A DNA stretch of 64,000 nt. Origin: Amoebophrya sp. A120. Lineage: Eukaryota; Protista; Dinoflagellata. The translations under genes were made by a program, and so were the position numbers. The DNA is taken from assembly GCA_905178155.1 (NCBI GenBank), contig CAJINV010000005.1, positions 6,435,207 to 6,499,206 of the forward strand. The letters are read 5' to 3'. Position 1 is the first letter of the stretch; each line of letters opens with the position of its first letter. Positions 1 through 12,663 of this stretch are shown in pieces. The notes beneath the pieces are model-generated. The model made no database searches. It was not told the DNA's origin and worked only from the letters and a program-made list of their open reading frames with translations.

Positions 1-3000
1 TGTGAGCTCTCCCTTGCTTTTCGCTTCTCTTCTTCCGCTAAAGATTGTGCTTCTCGAATCGTCTCTTGGATTCTCCGCTGTTCCAGTTCTTGGTCAAACT
101 GGGGGCCTCGGCCGATCACCAAATCGGACGAAGAGGAGGAGGAGACAACATCATCGGCGGTGTTTTCCTCATGCTCCCTCCATCCTCTGTTCTCATACAG
201 TTCCGGAGACAGAAACTCCATTTTCCCGATCATTTTCTCGACCCGCTTCCCAGCCGCTTCCATCTTCCGCTGCAAGTCCGTGTCGATCTGCGTTAAGACT
301 TTCGGGGATAAATGGTTTTTATCAATGAGGTTCTGAAGATCAAATTCGTTGAACTCCTGTTTTTCTGCTAGTTGTTTTTGGAGAGAAAATTCCTGTTCTT
401 CAATCGTCATTTCCCCGTAGTTGCGAAGAAACTCTGGGTTGTCGATTTCTATTCCGAAGTTTTCCGTTTCTAATTTTTCCAATTCTAATTTCAATTCGTA
501 TTCATCGTAATCTGTCACACCCCCTGGCTTCTGCTCGTCTAAGTAAAATCGCTTCAGTTGTTCTGCTTTTTGGAGTCTTTTTTCTTGGATCACGTTCTGG
601 AAGAAGTCTCTGCGGAGCTGTTTGTCGCGGGTGGGAAAGTCCCAGATGTTGGTATTTTCTTGGTCGGTTGTTGTTTGCGCCTCATTCTCATGGTCCAACA
701 TTTGTTTCAGACCATCGCCGTCGTCGTGTTTTCTTCGCGTTACTTGCGTCTGCTCCATCTCTGCCTTCAACCTCTCCAGCGCTTCCTTGATCCGGCCGGG
801 TGAAGCGATATCCAGCGGGTGGACGGATATGCGTTGCAAATCTGTCTGGGTCTGCAAACTTGTGATGCTGGTTGGCGAATCTTGACGACGCGCCAATTGA
901 TGGCCCAGCATGACAGGTTTCGGAGGTACTAGGTGTTGTAAATTCTGCATGCGAAACTGCGTTTTTGCATGACAGAAAAGTGAGGCTCCTTTTGGATGAC
1001 GTGCATGACAGTTTTGAGAATCATGCTACCCGAGCATCACAAGTCGCGCACTCTCCCGGACCCAGACATATTTGCGATGCATAACGGAAACCACAGATCG
1101 ACTGTCGTTACTGTTGGCGTCGTCCCAGTCCACAGAAGTTTCTTCGTCATAGAAACGCTTTTTCGATTTGAAGTTGTTTTTTATCGTATTGTTCAGCATC
1201 GGTATCTGCGACGCAATGGGGTGCTCGATCCGGTGGAGGGTTGTCGGGTGGAGAGGCTGTCGCTGTAGTTCTTGCTTATTGATACTTTCGTCCTGCTCGG
1301 TGGAATTTGTATTGCGATTTTTCATCCCAAGACCACTGTCGCTGTCGTGCTGGGACAGTTCGTCGTGAACAGATCCATCTTCACCGCCCTCGCCGGCGCC
1401 CAACTCCCGAAAGCTGGATACAACCACAGTTTCGACGAAACTCCTCGCCGCTTTCCGGCCTTCGAACCAATCCAACCGGTCTTGCAGTTCTTTTTGGATT
1501 TCCTCGTTTGCGATGCGGTCGCAGGACGCTTGGAGGACGGAGTGGACGTAGGAGTGGATGATGTGAGCCTGGAGTTGATGATGTTCCGCATGTTCTAGTA
1601 GTTGGTCCTTCTCACCATCTTGTTCATCTTCCGACGGTAAAAATGCTTCCACAATGTCGACTGCAGGAGCTGCACCAGATCCAGAACTACGAGCATGCGT
1701 CTTCATCTTCCCCTGACGTTCTTCAGACATCAACCTGGAAGACGCAGAGGCAGATGAACTCGCACTGTCACTGCTGCTAGAGCTGGAAAATATTGAACCA
1801 CCACCGCCACGCCTCCTCCGCGCAGCACGACTTGCTTTCTCCAAGTTCCGTCTTCCCAGTTCGCGGGCCAACTGGTCCTGGCTCGGCTGCACGATGTCCG
1901 AAGGACGGGCGGTCGGGGACAAGCCAAAAGTAGAAGCGGAAGCTTTTTGTAATGCTGCACCGGCTCTTCTTGCGGGAACACCGGTTCTCCTGTCATGCGC
2001 AATATCCACCCTGACAACCGGCGACTCCAGTCGGTCCTCCAGCTGTAACAGTTCGTCCTCGCCGTCGTAGTTCTTCTCCCTAGTACTGGAAAGATTCCTA
2101 TTCTCGCCATGAGGAAGATTCTTCTCATAATATCTCCCGCTGCTCCCCTGCAGCTCCAAATCGCCAGTCGCCTGGTACAGATTCCACTTCAAATTCTCCG
2201 CCCGCTCCGCCCAATATTTCCTCCACGACTTCAGTCGCTGCTTCATATCCTGTCGAAACTCTTTCGCCCGGTTTTTGAAGAAGTAGTCGTAGATAGTCTC
2301 GCGGAAAAATTTTCGGAAATTTTTGTCCAACTCTTTTCTCACTTCCCTCCCGTATTCTTTTTCGAACCCGAAGGGAGAATTGTCGAAAGAAGGACTGTCG
2401 TGAGTTGTTGTTTCCTCGTTATGTTCAAGGTCTCCGATGGCTTGTTGTTCTACTGTTCCTACTTCACTATCCGCTGTCTTGTTCCGGTTTTTTCCAACTA
2501 CCTTCCCGCTCTTCATTTTCGAACTACCGCCTGCTCTTTTCGTCCTGCAACAAAACCTAATCCTCGGTACACCCAAACAGCAGCAACACCAGCACCCGTA
2601 GCACATCCCGTAAAACACCCCCTTGGCTCGCGCGTCAACGACTCTGGTGTCGAAGTTTTTGTTTTCGACGAAGTACGGTCGCCAACAGAAGTGCTTCAAG
2701 CAGCAGTAGTCGAAACAGGTGGTCAAGTAGTACTCCTTCGGGCGCTTCTCGATCTCCTCCACGGTCCTGAGGATCTTCCGCATGTGCAGGAAGATTAAAC
2801 CGGAGAGTAAAAAGATGGCGAGGAGCGTCATCGGGACAATGACTTTCAAGAAGTGCCATTGGTTGTACCACAGGAATTGGTCACTGGTGTCTTCCGTGTT
2901 TCTCGTATCTAAGTTGTTGGGCGCCGGGTAGAAGTAGAGGGTGATGTTCCCGACTTTCACCTCTCTTCGGAGTATGTGGTTAGACTGCCAGGTAGTGGTG

Positions 3001-3044
3001 GTGGTGGTGGTAGTGGTGGTGTTGAGAGACAGAAGTGCGGACAT
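1..3044 (-). CDS. Hypothetical protein with N-terminal TM helix and Cys-rich patch; 1 non-canonical intron; 3' end runs off window
   Basis: ORF 1026..3044 continues in frame (SRSVVSV|HPLDIASPGRIKEALERL...) after removing 828-1083 plus one ACGGA copy. Confidence 0.8.
828..1083. mobile_element. Introner family A (TIR ~TATCAAATGCAAATATGTCTGGGTCTGGAA)
   Basis: TIRs; DR ACGGA/ACGGA. Confidence 0.9.
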
Positions 3045-3648
3045 CTTGAAGCGTGAGGCTTTGACCCTTGTTGGTTCGTAAAAGTAAAACTGTTTAGATG
3101 CTGTTGAAAAAAACTTTTACTCAATAGAGCAAGGACCACGACGCACAGCTTGTTCTACAAAAACTACACACTACTGACGCTCTAGCAGAATCCTAGTGTT
3201 GCAAATAGCGAGATCATAACATCGGCCGACTTCGCACTTTGAATGTTGACGCACTTGCTTTACTAGCAATCCATGACAACGCGAGGCGAATACGGCGAAA
3301 CCTAGTCACAAAAGCAACACGACTCGACGACAAATGCCAGACACAACTTCGATAGTACACGAATTTATGACTCGACGAACGATACGAACGATATATGGTT
3401 TGAAAAAAAAAGAGAAAACTGCGAAACAACGCTTTTGTTTTGCGGCGACCGGAGGAGAAAATGACCAGACTCGTGGACCTGATTCGACGAGAACTGGAGG
3501 GATAGAACAAGCACCAACGCTTCTACTTTCAGGTGGTGTTACTTCGATCGTGGCTGTACCCTATCCTATGGAAAGGATAACGATAAGGAAAGAAATAGTG
3601 TCGCTTTCATATCAATTTGCAACGAATATACGTGCAATCCGCTGCTCT

Positions 3649-5103
3649 TCATTTACTTCTGTCGTCTTTGACGACAAAGTGGCACACGTCGCGCAATGTG
3701 ACACTTTCTTTCACCTTTTCGCCAGTATCTTTATTCACGTACTTTATTTTCACATAGTCCTTATCCTTATCCACCTCCAGCACGTCGACGATACTGTGTT
3801 CCAGCTTCTCATTCCCGGTTCTTATCCTCTTCGCCTGCTTTGCGTCTATTGGCAAAGTTGGCTCCAAGTACTTTTCGGAGATATTCTCATAAACATTCTG
3901 CTTGATCTTCACACTGGCGCGGATTTTTCCGGACGAGGAGGACGTGTCGATGGTCAACACCTCGCCTTTCTTGCAGTAGATCGCACTCATTCTCTCGTCG
4001 GTCACTTTCACGACTAAACCAGGGAGAAGCCACGTTTTATTCACAGCGTCGTCGTTACTTTTTCTCCTTCGCTTATTCGACGCAAAAGTAGTAGAATCGG
4101 CTTCTTTGCCTTGTTCACCATTAGCTACAGTTTTCTCCTTCTTCTTCTCCTCCTCTGCTGCGGGTGGTGCTGGTACTACCAAAAAATCCGTCGGTAACAG
4201 AACATCCTGTGCCCCTAAACCTAACCCCTTTCGCTTCCACGCGTTTTGTTCAACCATCTGCACGTGGTGTTTCTTCGGATCGTAGCCTAAACCGCGGAGG
4301 TACGCGAGTCCAAAATCCTGGATGGGTAAGTTCTCGAAGTCGTCTTGCCGCATATCGGATTGTTTTGCGGAAGCATTTTTATCTGTGTGTTTGTCCTTGT
4401 CCGCCAGAATTGGCCGGGAGGAAGAGGAAGCGGAGGTAGTTGGTTTTTTGACGTTCAAGAACAAGGATTTCTTCAGCTTCATCTTCGGATCTTGTTCAGG
4501 CTCTTCTTCTTTCTTCTGGTTCTCGTCGGTCTTTATGTTGTTTTCAGCATTTGTAATTGTTGTACTCGTCTCTCCAGTACCACCAGCTGCGACCACGCTA
4601 TTCGCTGCAGGAGCTCCTGCGCCGTTGTCCTTCTCCACCTGCGCAGCTTTCGCTAAACCCATAATGGGCGCGATGGTTTCTAGCTTCGCCGTGTTGGTCA
4701 GCAAGTTGATTTCCCCGTTCGCATCCTTATTTTGCAATTCCGCGAGAATCGCCGCCGCCGCGTCTTGGTCGGTGGTTTTCCCACCTGTTTCCTTGCTCTC
4801 CGTGTCCAAATTGATGATGTTTTTGTTCTCGCTTGCAGCTTTATCCGGGTCGTCAGTGTCCACTGCCATCGCTTTTCTCCTCCTCTCCTCCCGCAGCTTC
4901 TGGAGCGCTTCATCCTGCTGCTTCAACGCCTCTAGATCTAGGCCAAAGTCGAGTTTTGGTAGGTTCCTTAGGTTGATGTCCACCGAGCCGTCGAACGTCG
5001 TTATGGTTTCGACTTTCGACTCCTCTTTGTACTGCGCGCCGACGTTTTCTCTTTTCGGCTGGATGTCTGCCGCGGTCTTCTTGAAGGAGAATCCTTTGAA
5101 CAT
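3649..5103 (-). CDS. GPKOW: Spp2/MOS2-type G-patch and KOW domain splicing factor (GPKOW-like)
   Basis: DFENLPIQDFGLAYLRGLGYDP...RKGLGLGA (Spp2/MOS2 G-patch) and WLLPGLVVKV...YCKKGEV (KOW); probable start MFKGFSFKK; no intron seen. Confidence 0.8.
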   Translation of the reverse strand: MFKGFSFKKTAADIQPKRENVGAQYKEESKVETITTFDGSVDINLRNLPKLDFGLDLEALKQQDEALQKLREERRRKAMAVDTDDPDKAASENKNIINLDTESKETGGKTTDQDAAAAILAELQNKDANGEINLLTNTAKLETIAPIMGLAKAAQVEKDNGAGAPAANSVVAAGGTGETSTTITNAENNIKTDENQKKEEEPEQDPKMKLKKSLFLNVKKPTTSASSSSRPILADKDKHTDKNASAKQSDMRQDDFENLPIQDFGLAYLRGLGYDPKKHHVQMVEQNAWKRKGLGLGAQDVLLPTDFLVVPAPPAAEEEKKKEKTVANGEQGKEADSTTFASNKRRRKSNDDAVNKTWLLPGLVVKVTDERMSAIYCKKGEVLTIDTSSSSGKIRASVKIKQNVYENISEKYLEPTLPIDAKQAKRIRTGNEKLEHSIVDVLEVDKDKDYVKIKYVNKDTGEKVKESVTLRDVCHFVVKDDRSK

Positions 5104-6018
5104 TTTGAGGATGTTAGACTGGGGAAATAAACTTGTGATGCTGGTAGTACTTAGGTCGTGCCAGAAAAATGAATGACTATGAAAGTTGTACAGACATATC
5201 CTATTTCTGTCGCCTCCTGGTCGCTGTGGTTGTGTTTGAAAAAGAGTGGATTGCGTTTGGGTAGTCACGTTAACTGAGTTTTCGTATATTTTGGAAAACG
5301 AGAAGCCAAAGGCGATGGACTTCTTCTGGTCGTATTGATGGAAAGAACTTCTCGAAGGATCACATTTCTTTGCTCTTGATCTACGATTACGGTTTGAAGG
5401 AGATTTTGACCATAACAGGAAGGGATCGCCTAAGTACTTCGGAACCAAGCAATTTTGCCTTTGATCCGATTTATTGGACTTGTGTGAAACTAAACCATTC
5501 TTAACGTCGAACAGAGCATTGTTCACGGCCTTGTTCTGCGTCCACCACGGCCAGGGCGCGAATTTTTTCGGATATTTTTCATTTTTTCAGAAGTTGTGTA
5601 CAGTCGGTTTCAACTTTCGCGCATCGTGCAAACCTGCGTCTGCTCGCCGTCGCTCGAGCCTTCAATACAATACAGCTTTATAATTCGCGATGAATCGTAA
5701 CAATTATCGAAAATGCAACAAAGCAGTAGATACAAAAATCCGCCTGCCAATCCGCACAATTTTTCCGATCCTTTGGTGTCTTTCTTCGAAACAACTACGT
5801 GCTTGTACAGTGAAACTGGTTTTGCTTTTTGATAAAATTCAAAATTTTACAGCTAGCGACCTGCGCATGATCTTCAGAGATCTTCTCCTAGTATCCTCCT
5901 ATTTTTACACGACGACAGGTGCTAAGGCTGACTAGTGCAGATTGTTCTTGAAGAGCATGATTACTATGCCCCTGTAGTTGCCTACCAGCCCGACAAACTG
6001 TTCATCCTCTCCCCCTAC

Positions 6019-7579
6019 TTACTTCTTCACCCGTTTGCTCGGTCGGATGGCATATCCACTGCAAACATGTCTGGGTCTGGAAAGATGCCACGAATTTGTG
6101 TTGCTGAGCCTTGCATGACGGAGCGATGCTTCGTACGACATGAACGCATCACAAATTTTTCGGTTGGTATTGCAAGTTCCACCGTGTTTTGCATGACAGA
6201 CAGGCTTCCAGCACGACAAAGACCGTGGTCAACATTCGTATTCATGCATTACAGATCTCGCTGTCTTTCAGAATTGTGCATCACAGATCCAGATCCACAC
6301 ATATTTGCGATGCATATGGGAAACGCGCAGTCATCTTCTCCGTCGTCCATGGTCGAGCTGCTCATGTAGAACATTTCATCCAGACCCGTGGAGGTTCCGC
6401 AATACAAATCGTCATTTCCCCCGTCGTACATGTCGAAATCGTCCGAGACCGAAACCTATGGATATGCAAAAGCATCGCACAAGTTGTATTGCAATACAAA
6501 TTTGCTGGTATAGAGAAAAACTGAGTTTGTCATGCAGGTTCAGGTCACAAACAAGATCTGTCATGCAAAAAATGCAAGTAGTGCGATACTTTTTGCAAAC
6601 GATAACCCCTCCTCATCATCTTCGTCCGACATCTCCTGCAACCCGAGCTGCGTCTGGTCCTCCGAGATTGGCGAAGTGGCGTTTTTGATCGCTAACTTTA
6701 TCGTGTCCTGGGGCTGCATCAACCCGGTCGTAGGATGCTGGGAAGTAGTACTCGGGATTTGGAACTCGTAGAACACGGTCGTTGTGGTGTCATTACTGTG
6801 TTTGCTGGAACAAGACGACTTCAACCCGGAAGATTCGAACCCGATGCCGCCACCGTTGGAGGAACAGGACGAGGACGACACGTTTCCGTCTTCCTCCGAC
6901 ATCGAGAAAACGTTGGTCGAGCACGTGCTGTCGAAATGGCCGTTGTTCATGAAAGTGCACAACTCGTCCCCCTCCCTCTCACTTGTCATGCAAAATTCCA
7001 AATCCACCCTTTGCCTGTTAGCACTGTTTGCGTGACAGATTCCGGAATGATCCAAAACAGCACTACAATCCTCTAGGAATTTGCCATGCTAACGCTGCAT
7101 CTTTGCCAGCGCTTGTGTTGCTGTTCATGCAACACAAATGAGGGGGAGGGGGAGTTGTGCACAACTCTCATATTGTTGTTCCCGTTCATGTTACTACCGC
7201 TCATCTTCGGCATCCAGAGCAAATCGTCTAATTTCTCCAGAATCACCTGCTCCGAAACGACGTGCTGGTACTCGTCTTTCAGCCAGTTGACGATCTCGGA
7301 GACCGTTGTGATGTTGCGCAATTCTTTGTTTGGTTGCAGGGCTTGCGGTGTTGTTGCAGAAGTAGTAGAAAACGCGTTGATACCAGTACTGGCAGAAGTA
7401 GCACCTCCGCTCATCTGCTGCTCGATGATTACGGTAAACGGCTTGAATTGCTTTTTTCCCCAAAGTTGGGGCTGCTTGTTCTGCTGCACCGGGACTGGCA
7501 TCATCACGTACATGCCTGAGGAAGAGGGAGGACCGCCGAGCATCGGCGCCTCACGCTTGTTACTCGACATGGAGAGCAT
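6019..7579 (-). CDS. Hypothetical low-complexity protein ending in basic NLS-like PSKRVKK; 3 introners
   Basis: Four ORF pieces join in frame under the element+5-bp rule (GNN|NGHFDS; EEG|SVSDDF; CAFP|IRPSKRVKK*). Confidence 0.75.
6053..6316. mobile_element. Introner family A
   Basis: TIRs; DR TGGCA/TGGGA. Confidence 0.85.
6457..6604. mobile_element. Introner family B (TIR ~TATGCANTGCAAAAGTATCGYACT)
   Basis: TIRs; degenerate DR AAACC/ACCCC; frame restored. Confidence 0.8.
6948..7172. mobile_element. Introner family C (TIR ~TATGACAGTGCACAACTCCCCCTCCCCCTCA)
   Basis: TIRs; DR TTGTT/TTGTT. Confidence 0.9.
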
Positions 7580-9099
7580 ACTGGGCGGAACAGGAGGCGT
7601 TTTTGAATTCGCGATATTGATTGTACGATAAAAAAACCGTCTCAACAAAAACACGTCTTGCGCTGCTAGATCGAACTTTTTAAGAACTAGCTGCTGTAGA
7701 GCAAAGCTTTTGGGAAGTTGCAATTGCTTTCAGTTCATCGAACTTGTTCGAACCCGATTGCAGAACCAGATTGCAGACACGATCACGAATGAACATGTGC
7801 CCCCGAAGTGCAGACACGATCACGAATGAACATGAACCCACGAAGTGCATCAACACGAATTGCCACGATTCAAGTTTCTTTTTCTCCCCCACTGATTACT
7901 GACGATGAGTGTTGAAATAGTGCGAACACGACAGAAGTCTGATAGCGATGGCACTTGGTTAGCACCACGACAATCTGCAGGACTTAGAAGTAGTTCCTCA
8001 AGAAATTGATGCAGGCGCAGGCCTACCGTCCCTTATACACGACAAGCGATGTTGTTCACTGAAGTATTCAACATCACAGCGATTTCTCTTTCTTAGTCTT
8101 CACTGCTGCACATCATACGATTTCAAAATATTGCAGTCTGTTCGTCGCGACTGTTCTTACCCTCTGTCCGCAACAACTGCCGCGAGACAAGTAAGGGCTG
8201 CGACTACTTCTAGGCACTTAATAGATCATAGCACACTCGAAAAGAAAAGCCGTACCATCTTCACGCTGTCCCCTCGATTTGCTATGTGAGAAAATGGAAA
8301 GAAAGTACGTGTGAAACTCGCACTCTATCTTGCTAACCGCAGGGAGTGTTCTGAGGTGTTGTTCAAGTGGGCGCCAACTCGTTTGGCGATAAAAACCCCC
8401 ACGACGAGTTGGACCAAGTTCCAGACCCCGTACAGGGCTGCGAAGAGGAGGTACTGCATTTTTTGGGTGGATTTTCCAGTAGACGACGTTGGTCAACAAC
8501 TATCCGAGCGAGACAGCCCTTACTATTCCCGTTTGTACCTACTTACGGGTCACCAGTGTTTACGAATATAAACCTACGGGTAGAGCTGCATTATCACGGG
8601 AAGCTCCTGGAGAGTTGGTCGTGGTTGATACGATTCAGATTGACAGGCGCTTTAGGATCCCTCGTGGGTGCAGTTAGATTGGAAGACTGTTCGATACCGA
8701 TTCGACTGCAGCTAGAAAAGTACTTCTGCGTGTGGTCTCGTATGCTACCAAAAGCTTCAGGCAAAGAACTGCAGTAAACAAAAAACGCGAGGAGCTGAAC
8801 CGATCTGCTTTTGCCTGTGCCCAAGAAATAAACCGAATGACGTTCTGTAAACCGAAAATTTTTCGCAGCTCGTAGGCTCGTTTACCACTCTTGCCACAAC
8901 GAGTGCTAGTACTCTGTCAGAACACCGTAGACTCGACGTCGGTACGAAGTTGTGAGTTACTGCTGGTGTGGGTTGAACTTGAAGTTGTGCGCAATGGCCA
9001 TAAAAGTACAGATACACGGAAAACAAGGTCACAACTCGTTCCGCACACCGTAGAGCTGTTGTGCAACACGACAAATCAATACGTGTTTCATCTTTAACT

Positions 9100-10665
9100 T
9101 TATCCTTCCACCGCAAAGTCGTTCATTCCGAGCCACGGGAATTCCGCGTGTGGCTTCTTCTCCTCCACCAAACTCTTTTTCAAGCAGTAGTTGAAACTCC
9201 CGTTCCCCAGCCTCGCATTCTCCCCGACGGGGGCGGAAAACTCCCGCACTTTTCCCCTTCCATCCCGCAAATACCAAATCCCGTCCTTCCCGGTAATTCC
9301 CCCGCATAAAGGCGTGTTCTATTCTGAGTAAAAACGTCCCCACCCTAGAGCTGTCATGCGGTTTTGCCTCTACAGGAATATTTGTAATCCGCATCCCTAT
9401 AAGATGAGGCATGTCTAGTCGACGTGTATAATTCGCATATATTTGTAATGCTGTAAACAGGATAAGCGGATGGGTTTCTGATGCGGCTGTCCTTCGACAA
9501 ACATGCACCACACTACGCACTGAAACTTGTCATGCGTGACTTCCAAAACTTGGAGATTTGTGTTGCAGATGTACCAATCGTTGACTATGGGGTGGGGACG
9601 TTTTATTTGCTCAGGATATGGTCGCGCACAGTTTCTCCGCGTTCGTCCTTTCAATAACCGCACAATCGGACTGCAGGTTGTTATGCATTGCAATTATGTC
9701 TGGGTCTGGAAACTTGTGTTGCTGAAGCTTGCATTGCAGAGTAGCCACATTTACGGCATAACAGCATCAGAAATTTTGCGAGGCTCATTGCATATTCATT
9801 CGTAAAACGCATCACAAATTGGCGTCCAGCACGACAAAAAAGCTGGCCCATCGCATTCATGCATTACAGATCCCTCTGCCCTTCCAAATTCGCATCACAA
9901 ATTCAGAGTCAGACATATTTGCAATGCATAGTTGTGGTTGTTCATGGATTTGCAGTTGTTTTGATCATAGTCCCACTTGAATTGTTTCACCGGACCGCGT
10001 TCCAGATACGCGTTCGCGAAGCACTTGAACAGGCTGGTGTGGTCAGTTGGTGGCGATAAAGGTGGGGAAGTGGCTAGTTCGTTGTCCTCCGGGTCGCCTT
10101 TCGGTGTATTTCCTCCTTCTTCTGGATTGTTCCCGCCCGTTTCTTCTACAGGTTCCTCCACCGGCTGCTCCGGTGGGGGTTCTAGTTCCGTATCCACCGC
10201 TTCCATCTCGGGCTCCCCCGGCCCGAGCTTCTCGTCCTGTCTCGCCTGGATTCCGTCGCACCGACTGCAGTTCGGGCGGGCTTCCGATTCTTTCCCGAGG
10301 CAGTGTTCCAGGCAATCTTCCTCCTGATTCGAGGAAGAGACGAAGACGTCCTTGATGTTCTTCAACAATGCTGCTGGGTTCAGTGCGGCGAAAGAAGTGG
10401 AAGATGAGGCAGTTTTTATGCCAGCTCGATCATGCCGGTGCAGCTTGGTGAAAAATGCAGTCTTTCTGTGGTTGGGCTTTAATACTATTTCCTCGTGGTA
10501 CCAGTCGCGTAGTGTAAGCCCGTGAAGATCCTCGTCGTGGTTAATTGCAGTGCTACTACTGTGGAAAACGTCACTCCAGGGGGACCCTGCTGCAGTTGAA
10601 CCGGATGGGAAAAAGGTCGGGAAAAACCTCGTGGCTAGGTGCTCGGAAATGTTGTTGGCCTTCAT
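9100..10665 (-). CDS. Hypothetical protein with acidic Pro/Glu linker and C-terminal Cys module (PAN/apple-like); 2 introners
   Basis: Spliced C-terminus: NNHN|LQSDCAVIERTNAEKLCAT|TPLCGGITGKDGIWYLRDGR...DFAVEG*. Confidence 0.7.
9320..9618. mobile_element. Introner family E (TIR ~TATCCTGAGTAAAAACGTCCCC)
   Basis: TIRs; DR TGTTC/TGGTC. Confidence 0.85.
9682..9930. mobile_element. Introner family A
   Basis: TIRs; DR GTTGT/GTTGT. Confidence 0.9.
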
Positions 10666-11112
10666 CTTCTGCTTGTTGAAAGAGTGAGTGTGTAAAAAGC
10701 CCCCAAGCAATCAAGATTACGAAAGTACTTTTTTCAAGTAAAATAGCTGAGTGCAGACGAGAAATGAAAAACGAATTTCAGAAGCGAGGCATGCGCTTTT
10801 TGGTTAAAGCTCCGAAACGAGAACCAGCACGATACCATACCGTACTAAACGAAAAGGCTATCCGATGTCGATTTCATTTCTTGCACAACCAGCGAAAAAT
10901 TAATCCTCACGATAGAAAAAGCGCTAGCGATTAAGCCGAGAAATGACGAAACAGACGCAAACGCCATGCGTCAAGAAGTTGTGGCAGGGATCATTGTTCG
11001 TAGTTGTTTGCACGGCAACGTTCACTGGCTGATTTATTTCCAGTTGAAGATCATACTTTATTTGCTTTTACAGAAAAAACCTGCTTTATTTGTTATTCAA
11101 AATCGTAAATTC

Positions 11113-11946
11113 TCAATCCTTGTCATCTTCATCATCACTGCCCGCGGATTCATCGTTGCTACTCGCGGACTTCACCGAAGCACTATCTTCGTCCAACTTC
11201 TTCTCCTTTCGCTTCTTTCCAGATCCACCGCTCGAATCACTATTATCCGAGTCAGAACCACTGCTCCCGATCTCTGACTTCAACAAACTCGCGTTCAATT
11301 CTTCTATCATCGCATCGTCAATATTCTTCCTCTGCAGCTTCATGACCATGTTATGCACCCCGAACGCGAACCCGAACACGGCGATGGAAGTGCCGTAAAT
11401 CACCGTTTTGAACAAGTTCTCCTGCATCAAGAGCCTGTATTTGGTCCCCGCGTTCCACCTTTCGGGTGGCATCAGCATGGTACTCGCGGACGTGGAGTAG
11501 GATTCTGGCAACGTGTACTCTCCGTCTAGAGAATCTTCGATCGGCGGAGCTGGGGGTGGTAAATACGCGTTCGCCTGGGCGGAGTAGGGGTAAAGAGGTA
11601 AAACGTATTTCTCCCGCTCTTCGGATGTGATCGTCACGCCATCTTGTCTTGGTTTGTTCGTTTTCTGTTGCTGTTCTATCTGCTGTTGCTGTAAATGCGC
11701 TAATGCCGCCGGGTTCTGCTGGGAATGCGGGTTGGAAGTCGGGATGGGCGGGGGGAGAGTCATGTCTTCGGCGAGAAAATTGTTCCAGGTGTAAGGGCGG
11801 GAGGGGGACTCGTCGGAATGGACGAAGGAAGTTGGAGTTGATCGGTCGCCTGCATGACAAGCTCCTTGGTACAAAAAAGCGGCATGATCAGCGTCATGGT
11901 CCTCCCCAGCAAGGAGCTCGGAAAGGACAACGTGCAGGCCTGGCAT
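11113..11946 (-). CDS. Hypothetical single-pass membrane protein (real start may be ATG at 11763)
   Basis: 277-aa ORF; hydrophobic TVIYGTSIAVFGFAFGV; acidic tail. Confidence 0.65.
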   Translation of the reverse strand: MPGLHVVLSELLAGEDHDADHAAFLYQGACHAGDRSTPTSFVHSDESPSRPYTWNNFLAEDMTLPPPIPTSNPHSQQNPAALAHLQQQQIEQQQKTNKPRQDGVTITSEEREKYVLPLYPYSAQANAYLPPPAPPIEDSLDGEYTLPESYSTSASTMLMPPERWNAGTKYRLLMQENLFKTVIYGTSIAVFGFAFGVHNMVMKLQRKNIDDAMIEELNASLLKSEIGSSGSDSDNSDSSGGSGKKRKEKKLDEDSASVKSASSNDESAGSDDEDDKD

Positions 11947-12663
11947 TTTTGCTTATGCTCTGCTGATTTTCATTTTCTATTTTTTTTCTCTGAAACGCAT
12001 CAAAATAAAACGACAGGGCGAAGCTGTCCCAACGCCAATTGAAGATCGTTTGACACTCTCGGACACGGATTACCACCTGTCCTGCATTCGCATAATTTTG
12101 TGTGCCTGTACTGCGTCTGCGTGGAGATCTTCGCATGACAATCTTCCACCACGAAAGACCATCGAAAAGTGGACGAAAATAACGATATCGACAGCAAGCG
12201 ACGATGGGAGCGAAGCGTCGAATCTTTTCGATCTACCTTTCCGCGACAGTACAACTTACTTGCACAAGGTCTGTGTGTCGCTCAGTACTACGTGCTCGCC
12301 ACAGAATATTACCTTTACCAGCGATGGACCGCTAAATACCATTACATTCCAGTGGTCTCCGACACCGACGGTTTAGTCTACTACTGCGACATCACGAAAA
12401 GAGATCGATCTGGCTGCACGGTTGGTGCAAAAGTAGATGCAGGCGGAACAGTTAGTATTGCTTAAGTAGTAGGTAAGGGATTATTAACAAAGGTCGACTT
12501 CGCCCTGCTCTTGTCGATGGCGCTTTTTCTCTTTGGTAGATGGCGCGGTGATTCATTTTTTCATGATGGTGACAACAGAACACGTCGTGCGTTTATTGCA
12601 TGTCAATGTATCTATCGTGTTGTTCCTGTTCCATGCGCTAAAATATATTCTCGTTGATCATAT

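Noticed and set aside
7773-7850. Short tandem duplication GCAGACACGATCACGAATGAACATG (a similar small duplication lies at 38470-38548)
   Set aside because: Two-copy local slippage with no sign of function
12050-12465. Two overlapping plus-strand ORFs as a gene or pseudogene
   Set aside because: Short, no recognisable motif, opposite to the gene block; cannot be supported without a search
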